A stretch of 64,000 nt of DNA from Chiloscyllium plagiosum (lineage: Eukaryota): positions 15,090,687-15,154,686 of the forward strand of contig NC_057720.1 in NCBI RefSeq assembly GCF_004010195.1, in the 5' to 3' direction. The notes beneath the pieces were generated by a model. The model was not told the origin of the DNA. It did not search any database and saw nothing but the letters and a program-made list of their open reading frames with translations. Below, one piece after another: positions 38,430 to 51,664 of this stretch. The translations under genes and the position numbers were made by a program. Positions within the stretch are counted from its first letter, which is position 1; each line of letters opens with the position of its first letter.

Positions 38430-39390
38430 CAGTGTAGTACTAACTGTATGTTCTGGAGCCCCCTTTCACGTATATTTGGTGAACCAGGTGCGGATTGATG
38501 ATGTTTTGTCTTGGCAGCGTTCAAGGAAAGGCCAATTTTTTTTTTGTAAGCAGACTTGAAGAGTAGTTTGCAGATCCACAGCAGAGCAAGAAACAAGGCC
38601 ACTTTCATCCACAAACTGTAAATCATAGAAATCTATGCTGATCACATATTAGCTTTTGCACTGAGATAGAATTTGTTTTCCAGCTAAATGATATTTCACA
38701 CCAGAGGGTATGGGATTTTTGAGGTGAACAGCCACTGTGTAGTGTGTAAATAGTATGGAAGGTAATAGCTGGCCTTGTCTGATGCTGGTCCAGATTTTGA
38801 AGAGCTTTCTCTCAGCTATTTGTAGACCTATCCTCGTGAAGCAATTGTAAGGAAGGTTCTTGGACGTACAAAGCATTGGCGCAATTCTCCTCTCATCAGC
38901 AATCCTTTGGAGGGCCAGGATTGACGAAATTCACCAACAAATCAGCTCCACCATCTCTGGAAAGCAGTTGTTGTCCGCACACGCACACGCACCACAATAC
39001 AGGTATCATCTACATACCATAGTGTTGGAATATATTCAGACACAGCTGAAGGGCCATTGGCCAAACACTGCTATCTGTAATCACTGTAACAAGGTCAGCC
39101 AGGTGGACCTCCTAGAAAACGAGTTCCCTGATTGAACTAGGTTAACAGCCTCAACTGGTGCCCTGGCTGGCTGACTGATTTTTAAAAAACAGGAGCGTCA
39201 GAGGGTCTGTTCACTCAGAGCTGGTTCTGAGGGAGCTGAATCAGTGTCAAGGTCTTTCCTCATGTATATAAAGGGTGACTTGGTGACTGGATACTGGCCT
39301 CTGTGGAGGTATTTCACTATCTTTCCTCAATCCAGCTTTGCAAGCTTTTGGGCAAAACTCCTGCAAAGTCAGTTACAAAGGACTGAACAG
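38430..39390. mobile_element. Decayed RTE-clade LINE with an inverted 5' segment
   Basis: Minus 38430-38870: SIRQGQLLPSILF, DLQFVDESGLV, SAYKKKIGLSLNAAKTK. Plus 38875-39390: ARIDEIHQQIS and AKLLQSQLQRT, resembling the downstream RTE motifs IDEEI..RI and RKILQI.WQDR. Confidence 0.6.
39076..39316 (+). mobile_element. 241-bp solo LTR with 5-bp TSD CTATC
   Basis: CTATC|TGTAA...TTTCA|CTATC (39071-39075 and 39317-39321); TATAAA at about 39267. Confidence 0.75.
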
Positions 39391-39792
39391 TGCTTTCCTT
39401 CTTTTCTTGCTTGCTTGCTTTCTTGCGCTCTCTCTCTCCCTCTCTCCCGGCACCACACTTCGCCTCGGCACAACCCTCCACACCAGCATTTCAAGGCAGG
39501 GTAAAGGAATGCCCTGTCCTGTAATTTACATTAGTGACTGAGAGGAACATGCCGTCTATTGTTCAGAATGTCACTAATTCATCCCGTGTTTGGATCAGCC
39601 TGCAGAGAAAAGTAATGAAAATGAAGCAAATCCTGCACACTCTGACTCTGCAGAACACCCTGACCAAGATATTCGTAGATTCTACTCTACCCTTCTGAAG
39701 TGGCCATTTCAAGTGCCCTGGCGGAAACCCTGGGTAGTTGAGAGACAGGCTCCAATTTAATATAAAATCATTGGCTATTAGTGATGAGCAGC

Positions 39793-39945
39793 AAAAACAG
39801 AAACCGCTGGAAACTGAGCAAGGATTACTCAACACAAAATGTTAACTCTGATTTCTCTCCACAGCTGCTGCCAGACCGCCTGAGTTTTTCCAGCAATTTC
39901 TGTTCTTGTGTCTGATTTACAGCATTCACAGATCTTCTGGTTTTT
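39793..39945. mobile_element. PLE family C mini palindrome (short left arm)
   Basis: AAAAACAGAAACCGCTGGAAACT is inverted relative to AGTTTTTCCAGCAATTTCTGTTCTT; degenerate 15-bp flanks TAGTGATGAGCAGCA / TAATAATGGGTGGCA. Confidence 0.7.
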
Positions 39946-40789
39946 AATAATGGGTGGCATTTCGTTTGAAAGAAAAGTATGAGTAGAAATTTTCAAGTAA
40001 TTTACTTTAAAATCTGTAACAGTTGTTGTCATCAAATGCCATACTAGTGAGAGGGAAATAAAAGTAAACATTTCCAACCAATGCTTTTCGATGGAATTGG
40101 GATTATGTAATCCAGTTTTTGTTTAGAGTTTTCTGGTTTCTTTTAGGTACCCTGCCCTCTGGCACAGCACTTTTGAACAAAAACACGCCTCTGCAGCTGT
40201 GTACCTATTTCAGAATGGGACAGACACTTTAACAACCTCATCTGGTGACGGTGAGCAGCAGTTGACCAGTTAACCAAGTAAGTTGACCACCTCTGAGTTT
40301 GTATGAAATGGAATTTAATGGTACTGCTGTATCTTTCACATTGTTTCATTATTACTTTATTGTAGCAGGGACTTCATATTATGGGGTGGGATCTTCCTTG
40401 TTATTTAACTAAAGTGTGTGAGAGACAGAGCCTATCCACAGCTCCTATAAACCAGGCCAATTCCCTGTTTGTGCACTTTTTTCTACTTCCTTTCTTCTAT
40501 ACATGGTCCCAGAGTCTGCATGTCATTTTTGCACACATCGTAACTGATTTGGACTAACCGGCAACTTTGACTCATTGCATCTAGCAGTTGACCTTGCTAT
40601 CAACTTGCTTTCACAGCCATTGTCACATCATGAAGCTCTGTTCGACGTCCAATCTTCCTTAGCGTGTAGGAGCAATAAAAGGTATAAGTCAAGTGTCAGC
40701 CATTTTAATTCCTGGCTATGCTACACCACACCTGGCTTACTTGGAGCAATTCTGGCACAATGCCATGGGAAGAATAGAAACATGGAAAG

Positions 40790-42580
40790 TACGTAGAAGA
40801 GCTAGAATATATTGGCCTTTGGAAAGACTTAAACACTGTTTTACCAAAAGGATGCTGAGCTCTAGGGACTAAATTACAAAACAAAATTACCCAGCCAATG
40901 TTGCATTTCATGGAGTTTAGAAGAATGAGGTGATCTAAGTTCACAGTTAATCTGGCCAACCAATAAGAGATATTCTTGAATGACCAGAAAAAGCTTATGC
41001 CTAGCACTAGACCTTTTCAGGAGTGAAATGGAAAAACCTTTCTCTACACATGGGAGGGAGTATTTGGGAATACTCTTCCATAAATGGCAATTGTTGTTAA
41101 TTTTTCAATCTGAGATTGATGGGCTGGTTTTAACTGAAAGTATTATGGAAATTGGACCATTTATTTGGATCTTGTCCTTGGGACTAAATGGGTCAGCTCC
41201 TGTTGATGGTCCTATGCTAATGTTGCATTCACTCGCTTGTTGTCCATAGTTAATTTCTGTGAAGAAATCACATTGATTATATTTAGCAACAGACCTGCGA
41301 GGAAAGGTATATGTGATGGATGAAAGGGTCAGTTGCAAAGTGAGGGGGATAGGAAACCAAGAATGATGGTCAATGGATTTTTTTTTTTAGGTTAGAGTAA
41401 CACATGTCAGGGAGTTCCCCAGAGTTTGACATTGATACGGTTGCATTTCCTGATGTATCTTAATAAGCTAGACCTTGACAAGGAGGGGACAGTTCCAACC
41501 TTTTACAGGTTATGTGAAATTTGGTCACATTATAAAATGTGAGGGCAGGGTGGAACTCCAAAAAACCATCAACAAGTTGGTGGAGTTGGCAAATAGGTGG
41601 CAAATTAAGTTCATTGTGGAGAAGTGTGAGATGATGCATTTTGAAAGAGAATACTGTTCAGCTGGTTTTGCTATAATGTGGAGTTCTTCAACACTAATTG
41701 GCTCTAACGCAATTGAAGAATTTAGACTGTTATTTGTAGAATGCGAACTTTCCTTACCTGTATTGGCAATGATGCAATTCTGTCCCCATGGATTTAAATG
41801 GAATGGCTGTTGTGCGATTTTCTTATAATGTGAGATGGCACAAGAGCTAAACTATCATGTTACATCAGAACTGACTAAATGGAGAGACAATATAAAATAG
41901 GCGCTCCACTGCTTAAGGTGCAGGAGCAGAGGGACCTGGTTATATATGTGTATAGATCAGTGAAGGTAGTGGGACAGGTGGAGAGAGGTAGATAAAGCAG
42001 GCAGTATCCTGGGATTTATTGATAAGAGTGTAAAGCACAATAGCAACGAGGTAATGCTGAACATCTACAAGACACATTTTTGACTTCAGCTGGAGTATTG
42101 TGTACAGTTTAGGATGTCCCTCGGTAGGAAGGATGTGAATGCAATAGAGAGAGTGCTGAAAAGGTATACAAAAATAGTTGAGAAACTTCAGTTATGAGAG
42201 TCGATTGGAAAGTTTGGGTCTCTTCTTGAAGAGAAAATGACTTGATAGAAGTTCTCAAAATCAGGAGATTTGGATAGAGTAGATAGGGAGAAACTGGTCC
42301 CAGTAATAACAGGACTGATAACTGGAGGATACAGATTTTGAAGTGATTTGCAAATGCAACAAATGTGGTGGGGATGGCAGGGTGAGGAGAGAAAATTCCT
42401 TTTTCACACAGTATGTGGGCTGGGTATGGAATGCATTACCTTGAAGCCTTGTGGAGACAGATTCAGTTGAGACATTAAATGTTTCCAGTTAAATAATGTT
42501 TAAGGGTATGGGGTAAAGGCAGGAGATGGACAGTAAATGTAGATACAGTGGGCTGAATGACCACCCTTGCACTGTAATAA
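40790..42580 (+). mobile_element. Old CR1 LINE segments (two copies)
   Basis: ELANRWQIKFIVEKCEMMHF and CR1 3' UTR motifs at about 41190 and 42550. Confidence 0.7.
41659..41877. mobile_element. Second copy of the Tigger-like MITE, inserted in CR1
   Basis: Aligns end to end with the reverse complement of 33427-33747 once the PLE insert is removed (shared ATTGAAGAATTTAGAC, TTATTTGTAGAA, TTTTCTTATAATG). Confidence 0.8.
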
Positions 42581-43114
42581 ATTGCATTTTTTTTGCAACC
42601 TAAATATGCAATACCTGTCATCACCTGAGTGGCTAGTTGCTGTGAATGTATTCGAATTAAGCTTGTATAAGATGATTGAGAAAGGAATTTCTTCTGTAAA
42701 GGATTGCTTTTGGAATTGATGATGGGCTTTTACTTTAAGCTGTGTTTTGAAAGCTTTAAAATTACTACATAAGTAATGTGGTTTTTTTTTGTCCTTCCTT
42801 TTTGCATGATAACATTCCATTTTATTGTAAAAACCAAAATTCCAGTATTACGTGCTTGCGTTTCAGTGAAAACCCACTTTGCTTTGGTTTGGTCTTAACA
42901 ATGTATGATCTATCCAGTTAGGTTGTACAATCTGTAACAGCTTTTGTCACCTTGGTTGACTTAGTCAGTACATGCGCCATCTAATCTCTGGAAATACTGC
43001 TGCAATCAGACTTGACAATATGTGAGGTTAATTTGTCCAAGGAATTTGTTCCTTTAAACTGCCACAATTTACCCTGCAATCAAATGTCTCCATCCTGCTG
43101 TTCCTTTTCATAAA

Positions 43115-43500
43115 GTGATAGAGACATACAACATGGAAACAGATCCTTTGATCCAACCAATCCATGCTGACCATAATCCCAATCTAAACTAGTCCCATTT
43201 ACCTGCACCCGGCCCATATCCCTCCAACCTCTTCCTATTCATATACTTATCCAAATGTCTTTTAAATGTTGTAATTCTACCCACGTCCACCACTTCCTCA
43301 AGAAGTTTATTCCATACATGAACCACCCTCTGTGGAAAAACATTGCCCCTTGTGTCTTTTTTAAAATTTCTCTTCTCTCACCTTTTTAAAGATGAGCCCG
43401 TTAGTCTTGAAATCCCTCATCCTTGGGAAAAGGCAGCTATCATTAACTCTATCTATACACCTCATTATTTTATAAACTCCTATAAGGTTGCCTTACAACC
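43115..43500 (-). mobile_element. CR1 3' end fragment
   Basis: Reverse complement of a CR1 3' coding end and UTR; same subfamily as 51665-52275. Confidence 0.85.
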
Positions 43501-44596
43501 TTTTGTTCCTTCTGTACAGTCACAAGTAAACATCCCCATTCCTGACCTTCTGAGGAAGGGAAGCTTAGTGATGAAGCGGCTGAAGGTGGGCGAGCCTAGG
43601 ATGCTAACCTGAGGAACTCCTACAGAGATGTCCTGGAGGTGAAATGATTAACTTCCAACAATCACCATGTCTTCCTTTTGTGTCAGATATGACTTCAACC
43701 AGTGGAACCCTTTCCCACAGTTCCCATGGATGTTGGTTTTGATAGGGCTCCTTGATCAAAAACTGTAACTCTTATGCCACCCCTGTCAAACATTGGAACA
43801 GGAAAAGACAATACAGCCCATTTAAACTACTCTGCCATTTAATTGGATTATGTCTGCTCTGTATGTTGACTCACTTAGCTTATTTTTTTCTCTTTTTCCA
43901 TAATCCATTAATACTCTTGCCTAATAATTTTTTTCAATTTATTCATTTGTGGGATATGGGTGTCGCTGGCCGACCAGCATTTATTGCTAGTCCCTAGTTG
44001 TCCTTGAGAAGGTAATGGTGAGCTGCCGCCTTAAACTGCTGCAGTCCACCTGCTTTGGGTTGACCCCCACAATGCCCCGGAGGGAATTCCAGGATTTTAA
44101 TCCAGCGACAGTGACAGAGCAGTGATATATTTCCAAGTCAGGATGGTGAGTGACTTACTGGGGGACTTGTAGGTAGACTTGTAGTGGTGATTCCATATAT
44201 CTGCTGTTCTCATCCTTCTAGATGGAAGTGGTCATGTATTTGGAAAGTGTTGTTTGAAGATCTTTGGTGAATTTCTGCATTGCATCTGGTAGATAGTATA
44301 TACAGCTGCTACTATGTTGAAGTTTTCTATATACCCCCTAGCCTCAGGTGGCCCCTGAGAGAGAAAGTTCCAAATTGTTATGGTCCTTCATTTTGTGTGA
44401 AGAAATCTTTCCCGACCTCACCCGTGAACAGCCTAACTCACGTGTTGAGGCGATTCTCCCCACGGAGAAAATGGTTTCTCCCACTCTTCTTTCTGCCAGA
44501 AAGTACTAGAAACTCCAAGGTGTTCCCATGAAGTAGATGCATTGCCCAGTTTCGATGATTATTTCACTTTGATATGCTCTGTCATTCTTTTTGTAT

Positions 44597-45780
44597 GAAC
44601 CATAGAACATTACAGCGCAGTGCAGGCCCTTCAACCCTCGATGTTGCGCTGACCTGTGAAACCAAACTGAAGACCAACTAACCTACATTGTTCCATTATC
44701 ATCCATATGTTTATCTAATGCCCATTTAAATCCTGTTAAGGTTGTTGAGTCTAATACTGTTGCAGGCTGGCTGTTCCATGCCCCTACTACTCTCTTAATA
44801 AAGAAACTACCTCTGACATCTGTCCTATATCTATCACCCCTCAATTTAAAGCTATATCCCCTTGTGATAGCCATCACCGTCCACGGAAAAAGGCTCTCAC
44901 TGTCCACCCCATCTAATCCTCTGATATGTCTCTATTAAGTCACTTCTTCACCTTCTCTCTCTAACAAAAACAGCCTCAAGTCCTTCAGCCTTTCCTCATA
45001 AAGATCTTCCCTCCATACCAAGTAACATCCTAGTAAATTTCCTTTGCAAAGCTTCAACATCCTTCCTATAATGCAGCGACCAGAACTGTACGCAATACTC
45101 TAAGCGCGGCCGGACCAGAGTTTTGTACAGCTGCAACATGACCTTGTGTCGAAACTCAATCCCTCTTCCAATAAACCTAACAAACCGTGTGCTTTCTTAA
45201 CTACCCTGTCAACCTGGGTGGCAACTTTCAGGGATCTATGCAGATGGACACAGATCTCTCTGCTCATCTACACTACCAAAAATCTTGCCATTAGCCCAGT
45301 ACTTTGTTTTTCTGTTGCTCCTTCGAAAATGAATCGCCTCACACTTTTCCACGTTAAACTCCATTTGCTACCTCTCAGCCCAGCTCTGCAGCTTATCGAT
45401 ATCCCTCTGTAACCTGCAATATCCTTCCATACTATCCATGACTCCACCGACCTTCGTGTCATCCGCAAATTTACAAACCCATCCTTCTACGCCCTCATCG
45501 AGGTCGTGTATACAAATGACAAACAGCAGAGGCCCCAAACAGATCCTTGCAGTACACCACTAGTAACTGAATTCCAGGTGAACATTTGCCGTCAGCCACC
45601 ACCCTCTGTCGTCTTTCAGCTAGCTAATTTCTGGTCCAAACCAGTATATCACCCTCAATCCCTTGTCTCTGTTTTTTTTTTTTTGCAATAGCCTACCGTG
45701 CGGAAGCTTATCTGAAATCCATATACACCACATCAACCACTTTACCCTCATCCACCTGTTTGGTCACCTTCTTCTCAAAG
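44597..45780 (-). mobile_element. CR1 LINE 3' portion
   Basis: ITRGYSFKLRGDRYRTDVRGSFFIKRVVGAWN; FADDTK region at about 45450-45470. Confidence 0.88.
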
Positions 45781-46293
45781 AAACATTCCATTTACAAATA
45801 TATTTTAATGACCATAATACTTCCAGGTGTCTGCGTTCACCAGGGAGTTTTGAGAGCTGTGTGGACCAGCTGGAATTCATCTTCCCATTTTGATGCAGGT
45901 ATTTGAACAGTATCTCAATCTGCTGTCATTGTTCTCTTTTTCTCTAAATTGTGACTTATCTAAATTTTCAATCTAGCTCACTGGTATTTTCGCTGTTATT
46001 ATGACCAATGATCACTTGTTTAAAAACTATTCTGATGCATCTCCATTATGTTCCTGCGGTACAATATTCATCTATTGGTCAAGTTTCCTAAAGCTTTACT
46101 GACCTTTCAGTCCAATAAAGAGCTTGCATTTATCTAGCACACTCTTCACACCCTGGGATGTCCTAACTTTTTTACATGCTAATGGGTTACTTTTGGAACG
46201 CAGCCACTATATGATGAAGTAGGCAGAAGCAGCAATTTGTCATGTCTTGCAAACAGCAAATTAGCGTTTTAAATCTGTTAATCTGTTGTTGGT

Positions 46294-46422
46294 AAAAAGC
46301 AAAGTGCTGGAGATCTGAATGAAAAACAAAAGTGCTAGATGAACTCAGCAGGTCTGGCAGCATCTATGGAAGGGGTAGCAGAGTTAATGCTTCACAATGT
46401 AAACTCTATTTCTCATTACACA
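46294..46422 (-). mobile_element. PLE family C-like pLTR insertion, 9-bp TSD GTTGTTGGT
   Basis: TSD at 46285-46293 and 46423-46431; AACTCAGCAGGTCTGGCAGCATCT core. Confidence 0.7.
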
Positions 46423-46484
46423 GTTGTTGGTGAGTCTATTTTTGGTATTTGCAGAGTGGGGAATGCTGCTTTGATTATAAGGAA

Positions 46485-46668
46485 GAGACAAAAAAACTGT
46501 AGATATTGGAATCCAAGGTAGACAAGCAGGAAGCTGGAAGAGCACAGAAGCCAGGTTGTATCAGGAGGTGGAGAAGTCAACATTTCAGGTTACACCTGTA
46601 GCTTTGACTTCTCCACCTCCTGATGCTGCCTGGCTTGCTGTGCTCTTCTAACTTCCTGCTTGTCTACC
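46485..46668. mobile_element. PLE family D mini palindrome, perfect 14-bp TSD TTGATTATAAGGAA
   Basis: TSD at 46471-46484 and 46669-46682; arms 46515-46580 and 46604-46670. Confidence 0.9.
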
Positions 46669-47074
46669 TTGATTATAAGGAAAACCCCTTAGAAATTGGA
46701 TGGTACCCTGGGATCGTTTGTACATTAATCTCAGTGGATGGATGACACATTAAACAGAGGATGGTTACCTTTAGAAATCTCGCACTCCCTCAACCTTGTG
46801 GTGAAGTACTTAGCTTGGGTCATGTTCTGAAGAACTGGAATGGAGTTTGAATGCTTCTAACTATTTGATTTGGGTGGAAATGCCGGCAGCTATGCTATGT
46901 CATACATCTCGGAGTGCTTGAAAGTCAATTACAATGGTAATTCCTCCTACTATTCCAAAGGGGCAATGGTTGAATTCTCTCTCTCATTGGAAATGGTCAT
47001 TGCCTGGCCTGAATATTACTTGCCTCTTATCAGCTCATGTCTAGATATTGTCCAGGTCTTGCTGTAAACTGATA

Positions 47075-48470
47075 TGGGCTTTCGGGAATCGCGAGAGTCA
47101 GGGAGGATCATAAAGAACTGGAAAATCACTAACGTGACACCCCTGCTTAAAAGGTAATAGGGCAAAAGATGGAAAATTACAGGCCAATTAGCGTAACCTT
47201 GGTCGTAGGCAAGATTTTGGTGTCCATGAAGGATGAGGTTTCTGAATACTGGGAAGTGTATGGTAAAATAGGGCAAAGTCAGCATGGTTTAATCAAAGGG
47301 AGGTCATGCCTGACACATTTGCTAGACCAAGGAGAGGCAATGGATGTTATTTACCTGGACTTCAAGGCCTTTGCACAGGAGGCTGCTGAGTAAGATAAGG
47401 GCCCATGGTGCCAGACGCAACATGCTAGCATGGTTAGAAGATTGGTTGTCTGGCATAGACTGGGGATAAAAGGATCTTTCACAGAATGGCAAGTGGTGGT
47501 CCACAAGGCTCAGTGTTGGGACCACAACTTTTCACTTTATACATTAGTGATCTAGAAGAAGGAACTGAGGGCATTCTAGCTACATTTGCCGATAAAACAA
47601 AGATATGTCCAGGGACGGGTAGTATTGAGCAGGCAGGGAGGGTGCAGAAGGATTTGGACAGGCAAAGAAATGGCAGATAGAGTACAATATGGGAAAGTGT
47701 AAGGTTGTGCACTCTCTGGTAGGAAGAATAGAGGCATGGACTAATTTCTAAGTGGGGAGAAAATTCCGAAGCCTGAAGTGCAAAGAGACTTGGGAGTTCT
47801 AGTCCAGGATTCTCTCCAGGTAAACTTGCAGGTTGAGTCAGTAGTTAGGAAGGCAAATGCAATGTTGGTAATTATTTTGAGGATCTGAATATAAAAGCAC
47901 GGATATACTTCTGAGGCTGTGTAAGGCTCTGGTCAGATCACATTTGGAGTATAGTGTGCAGTTTTGGGTTCCCAATCTCAGGAAGGATGTACTGGCCCTG
48001 GAGCTTGTTCAGAGGAGGTTCTCTAGAATGGTCCCAGGAATGAAAAGCTTAACATATGATGAACATTTGAGGACTTTGGGTCTATACTCAATGGAATTCA
48101 GAAGGATGAGGGTGGATTTAATTGAAACATCCATAATACTGAATGGCCTGGACAGATTGGATGTTGGGAAGCTGCCTCCATTGGTAGGAGAGACTAGGAC
48201 CCAAGGACACAGCCTTAGATTAAAGGGAAGACCTTTTTAAAACAGAGATAAAGAGAAACTTCTTCAGCCAGAGAGTGGAGAAGCTATGGAATTTGCTGAC
48301 ACAGAAGTCTGTGGAGGCCAGGTCATTGAGTATATTTGAGACTCCGATAGATAGGTTCTTGAGTATCAAGGTGATTCAGGATTACGGGGAGAATAGGGAT
48401 GAGAAACTTATCAGCCATGATTGAATGGCAGAGCAGATTTGATGGGCTTAATGGCCTAATTTCTGCTCTG
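47075..48470 (+). mobile_element. CR1 LINE RT and 3' end, frameshifted
   Basis: NYRPISVT, QHGLIKGRSCLT, PQGSVLGPQLF, FADKTK, EYSVQFWVP. Confidence 0.9.
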
Positions 48471-49564
48471 CGGTTTTAATATCTGTTTCAGTATCAGGAA
48501 CAGTGGATGGTGCAATGTTAGGCATTTGTCTCTGGAAAAAACTAAACATCCTGGACTGGCTCTGTAAAGCTAAGTTTGCAAATTTCTTTGGCCATTATTT
48601 CCACAGATAATACTTCTGAATTTTGTTATTTTAAATTCTATCAAATCATTATCATCTATTTCACCATCTTTAATTATAAGTGAAGGATAAAGTGCTTTCA
48701 ATTTCCTGGTTTGGTGTCTGTGACAAGAGGTGAATATTTAATCAGTTGGCTGACATCAGAGTTGCTAGACATCTGAGAGATCCCCCTGACTTGGTGCCTG
48801 ATTTGAAACTGCCTTTGGGATGGAGAATCACACCCCACAGAAATCACTAGGTCTTCGTGAGCAACTTTCCGCACCATCGGAAAGTACGGTCGGTTTGCCA
48901 CTAGCTGTAAATTGTCCCTGACTTGCCTCCAATTCTGATTAGTGTAACCATTTAATAGTAGATTGTTTCCTGATTACTATTTGGGTTACAGTCATGTCTG
49001 TGAGAACTGTGGATAGGATGTACTTAGGATTTGAAACTAATATCTCCTATGTGGTGTTACATTCCAAGTATTATGAGCTTTTCATTTGGCTCGTGTGTGA
49101 TGGCAGCTGATGGGTATGTTTGGGCAGGTACTTTACATATCTGTTTCCTCCAAATGGATATTTGTCAGAAACCCTTCTTGCTTTTCAAGATTTCTTGCTA
49201 ACGCTCCTGTGTAGTACTTTTCAACTCCTTCTGATGAGTGGAAACTGAACCTCTTTCATTGAGTTTATCAGCACTAGAATGACCACTATACTTGTTGGAT
49301 TCTTCATTGTTGGGAAGGAGTTGCTCAGTGGACTCTGATGAACTTGTTTAATATACTTGTGTTGCATTTTTGCTGTTTCTTAGCTATTCAGTCAGTCCTA
49401 TTTGTTCAAAACCTTTCTCCCTTTACTCATCACTGTGACTGACTCTACACACTGTCAAATTGAACTTTAATCTTTTTGACCTCTTTGATACCTTTTTCTT
49501 TGCTTTGCTAATTCCCCAGCCATGACTTGAAAGGGGTAAACTTTACTTCCTTCTTCTTATGCTT

Positions 49565-50559
49565 GTAACCAGTAGAGTGCCACAAGGATTGGTGCTGGGT
49601 CCACTACTTTTCATCATTTTTCAAAATGATTTGGATGTCAGCATAAGCGGTATAGTTAGTAAGTTTGCAGATAGCACCAAATTGGAGATTGGTGGACAGT
49701 GAAGAAGATTACCTCCGATTACAACGGAATCTTTATCACTTGGGCCAATGGAGTAAGAAGTGGCAGATGGAGTTGAATTTAGATAAATGCGAGGTGCTGC
49801 ATTTTGGGAAAGCAAATCTTAGTGGGACTTATACACTTAATGGTAAGGTCCTAGAGAGTGTTGCTGAACAAAGAGACCTTGGAGTGCAGGTTTATAGCTC
49901 CTTGAAAGCGGAGTCGCAGGTAGATAGGATAGTGACAAAGGCTTTTGGTAGAGTATTGAGTATGGGAGTTGGGAGGTTATGATACGGCTGTACAGGATAT
50001 TGGTTAGGCCACTGTTAGAATATTGCATGCAATTTTGGTCTCCTTCCTATCAGAAGGATGTTGTGAAACTTGAAAAGGTTTAGAAAGGATTTACAAGGAT
50101 GTTGCTAGGGTTGGAGGATTTGAGCTATAGAGAGACGTTGAATAGGCTGGGGCTGTTTTCTCTGGAGTTTCTGAGGCTGAGGTGTGACCTTTACACAGGT
50201 TTATAGAGTCATTAGGGGCATGGATAGGATAAATAAACAAAGTCTTTTCCCTGGGTTGGTGGAGTCCAGAACTAGAGGGCAGAGGTTTAGGGTGAGATGG
50301 GTAAGATATAAGAGACCTAAGGGGAAGCTTTTTCATGCAGAGGATGGTATGTGTATGGAATGAGCTGCCAGAGGAAGTGGTGGAGGCTGGTACAATTGCA
50401 ACATTTAAAAGGCATTTGGATAGGTATATGAATCGGAAGGGTTTGAGGGGATATGGGCCAGGTGTTGGCAGATGGGACTAGATTGGGTTGGGATATCTGG
50501 TCGGCATGGACAAATTGAACCGAAGGGTCTGTTTCTGTGCTATACATCTCTATGACTCT
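49565..50559 (+). mobile_element. CR1/HER1-like LINE 3' portion (young subfamily)
   Basis: Highly similar to 9514-10536. Confidence 0.92.
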
Positions 50560-50599
50560 ACCAAACAAGAATTTTCAGTGAGCCACATAGAGATATTAG

Positions 50600-50960
50600 G
50601 ATGGGTGGCCAAAAGCTTTTGTCAGAGTTGGGCTTAAGCATGTCTCAAAGCAAGACAGAGGTTTAGGGTTGTTGGGAGTGATTAGTGATGGAATTGAAAA
50701 GGAGAAGTGAAGCTTTAAGGTGGAGTCATTGCCTAACTGGGAGCCAGTGTAAGTTGGTGATCCCGGGTTGGTAAGTGAGCAGAGTTTGGTTTGAGTTAGG
50801 ATACGAGCAATGAAGTTTTGGATGAGTCCAGGTTTACAGGGGAAACGAGACGGGCAGCCAACTAGAAGTACTCTACAATCTTTTGAGGCTGGAGATAACA
50901 AAGACGTGATTGAGAGTTCCACCAGCTAAAGCAGGGTCGATGTTCCAGAAGGTGTGGGTT
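50600..50960 (-). mobile_element. L2 LINE 3' fragment
   Basis: TLNHVFVISSL and LIQNFIARILTQTK resemble the L2 motifs TLIHAFVTSRLDY and LIQNSAARILT. Confidence 0.65.
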
Positions 50961-51664
50961 TGCGTTGTAGTAGTGGAAAGTCTTTGCGGTTGAAAACACA
51001 GCTCAGTGGGTTTGCTCCAGTTAAACTTGGGGTGTGTGTGTGTGCGCGCGCGTGTGTGTAATATTGCATGCTCCATCTCTGTAAACATCTTCCTACAAGT
51101 TGGCTGAGGCGTAATATTAACAATTTCATTTTTGGAATTGATATTATCTTAATTAATTATTTGTATAAATGTCATCTTATTTTGCTTTTGAGTATGACAC
51201 TCGATGCAAAGTTAAATCACTCTTGCACATTAACTTAGTCAAGTAGAACATATTAAAACCATGTGTTATTTATGTATCTATCACCTTGCAGTAATGTTAA
51301 TTTATTACAATTATTGGACCCATACATAAAATGGAATGCTGCTTCAAAGATGTCAGTCCCTTGAGATATGAAGACTTGGTTTAATTGGTCACATTGCAGG
51401 CTTGATGCAGGATCTTTCTTTTTGTGTCTTGTTTACATGAAGTCCCCACCTTTTTATTACAGAACATTCTGGTAACTTAATTGGATGAGACAAATAAATA
51501 TCTAAATTAAATGTTCTGAGGCATGTATTTATAGCATTTTTAATTAAGGACATAGCCAGCACATTTCCAGCTTGAACAACACAATCTTCTGAAAGCAATG
51601 ACCTGATCTTTTTTTAAAAAAAAAAGGTTAGCCGTGGTATTTTGTGGAATATAAATCGAAGGCT

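Larger units (their letters stand above)
46118..46900 (-). mobile_element. Old Deu-domain SINE split by two PLE insertions
   Basis: Tail begins GAGCTTGCATTTATCTAGCAC; core GCACTCCCTCA at about 46781. Confidence 0.45.

Noticed and set aside
21192..46668. Mini palindromes as DNA-transposon MITEs
   Set aside because: Arms are asymmetric, junctions differ between copies, TSDs are long and variable, and the sequence matches PLE 3' ends linked to RT or GIY-YIG coding remnants.
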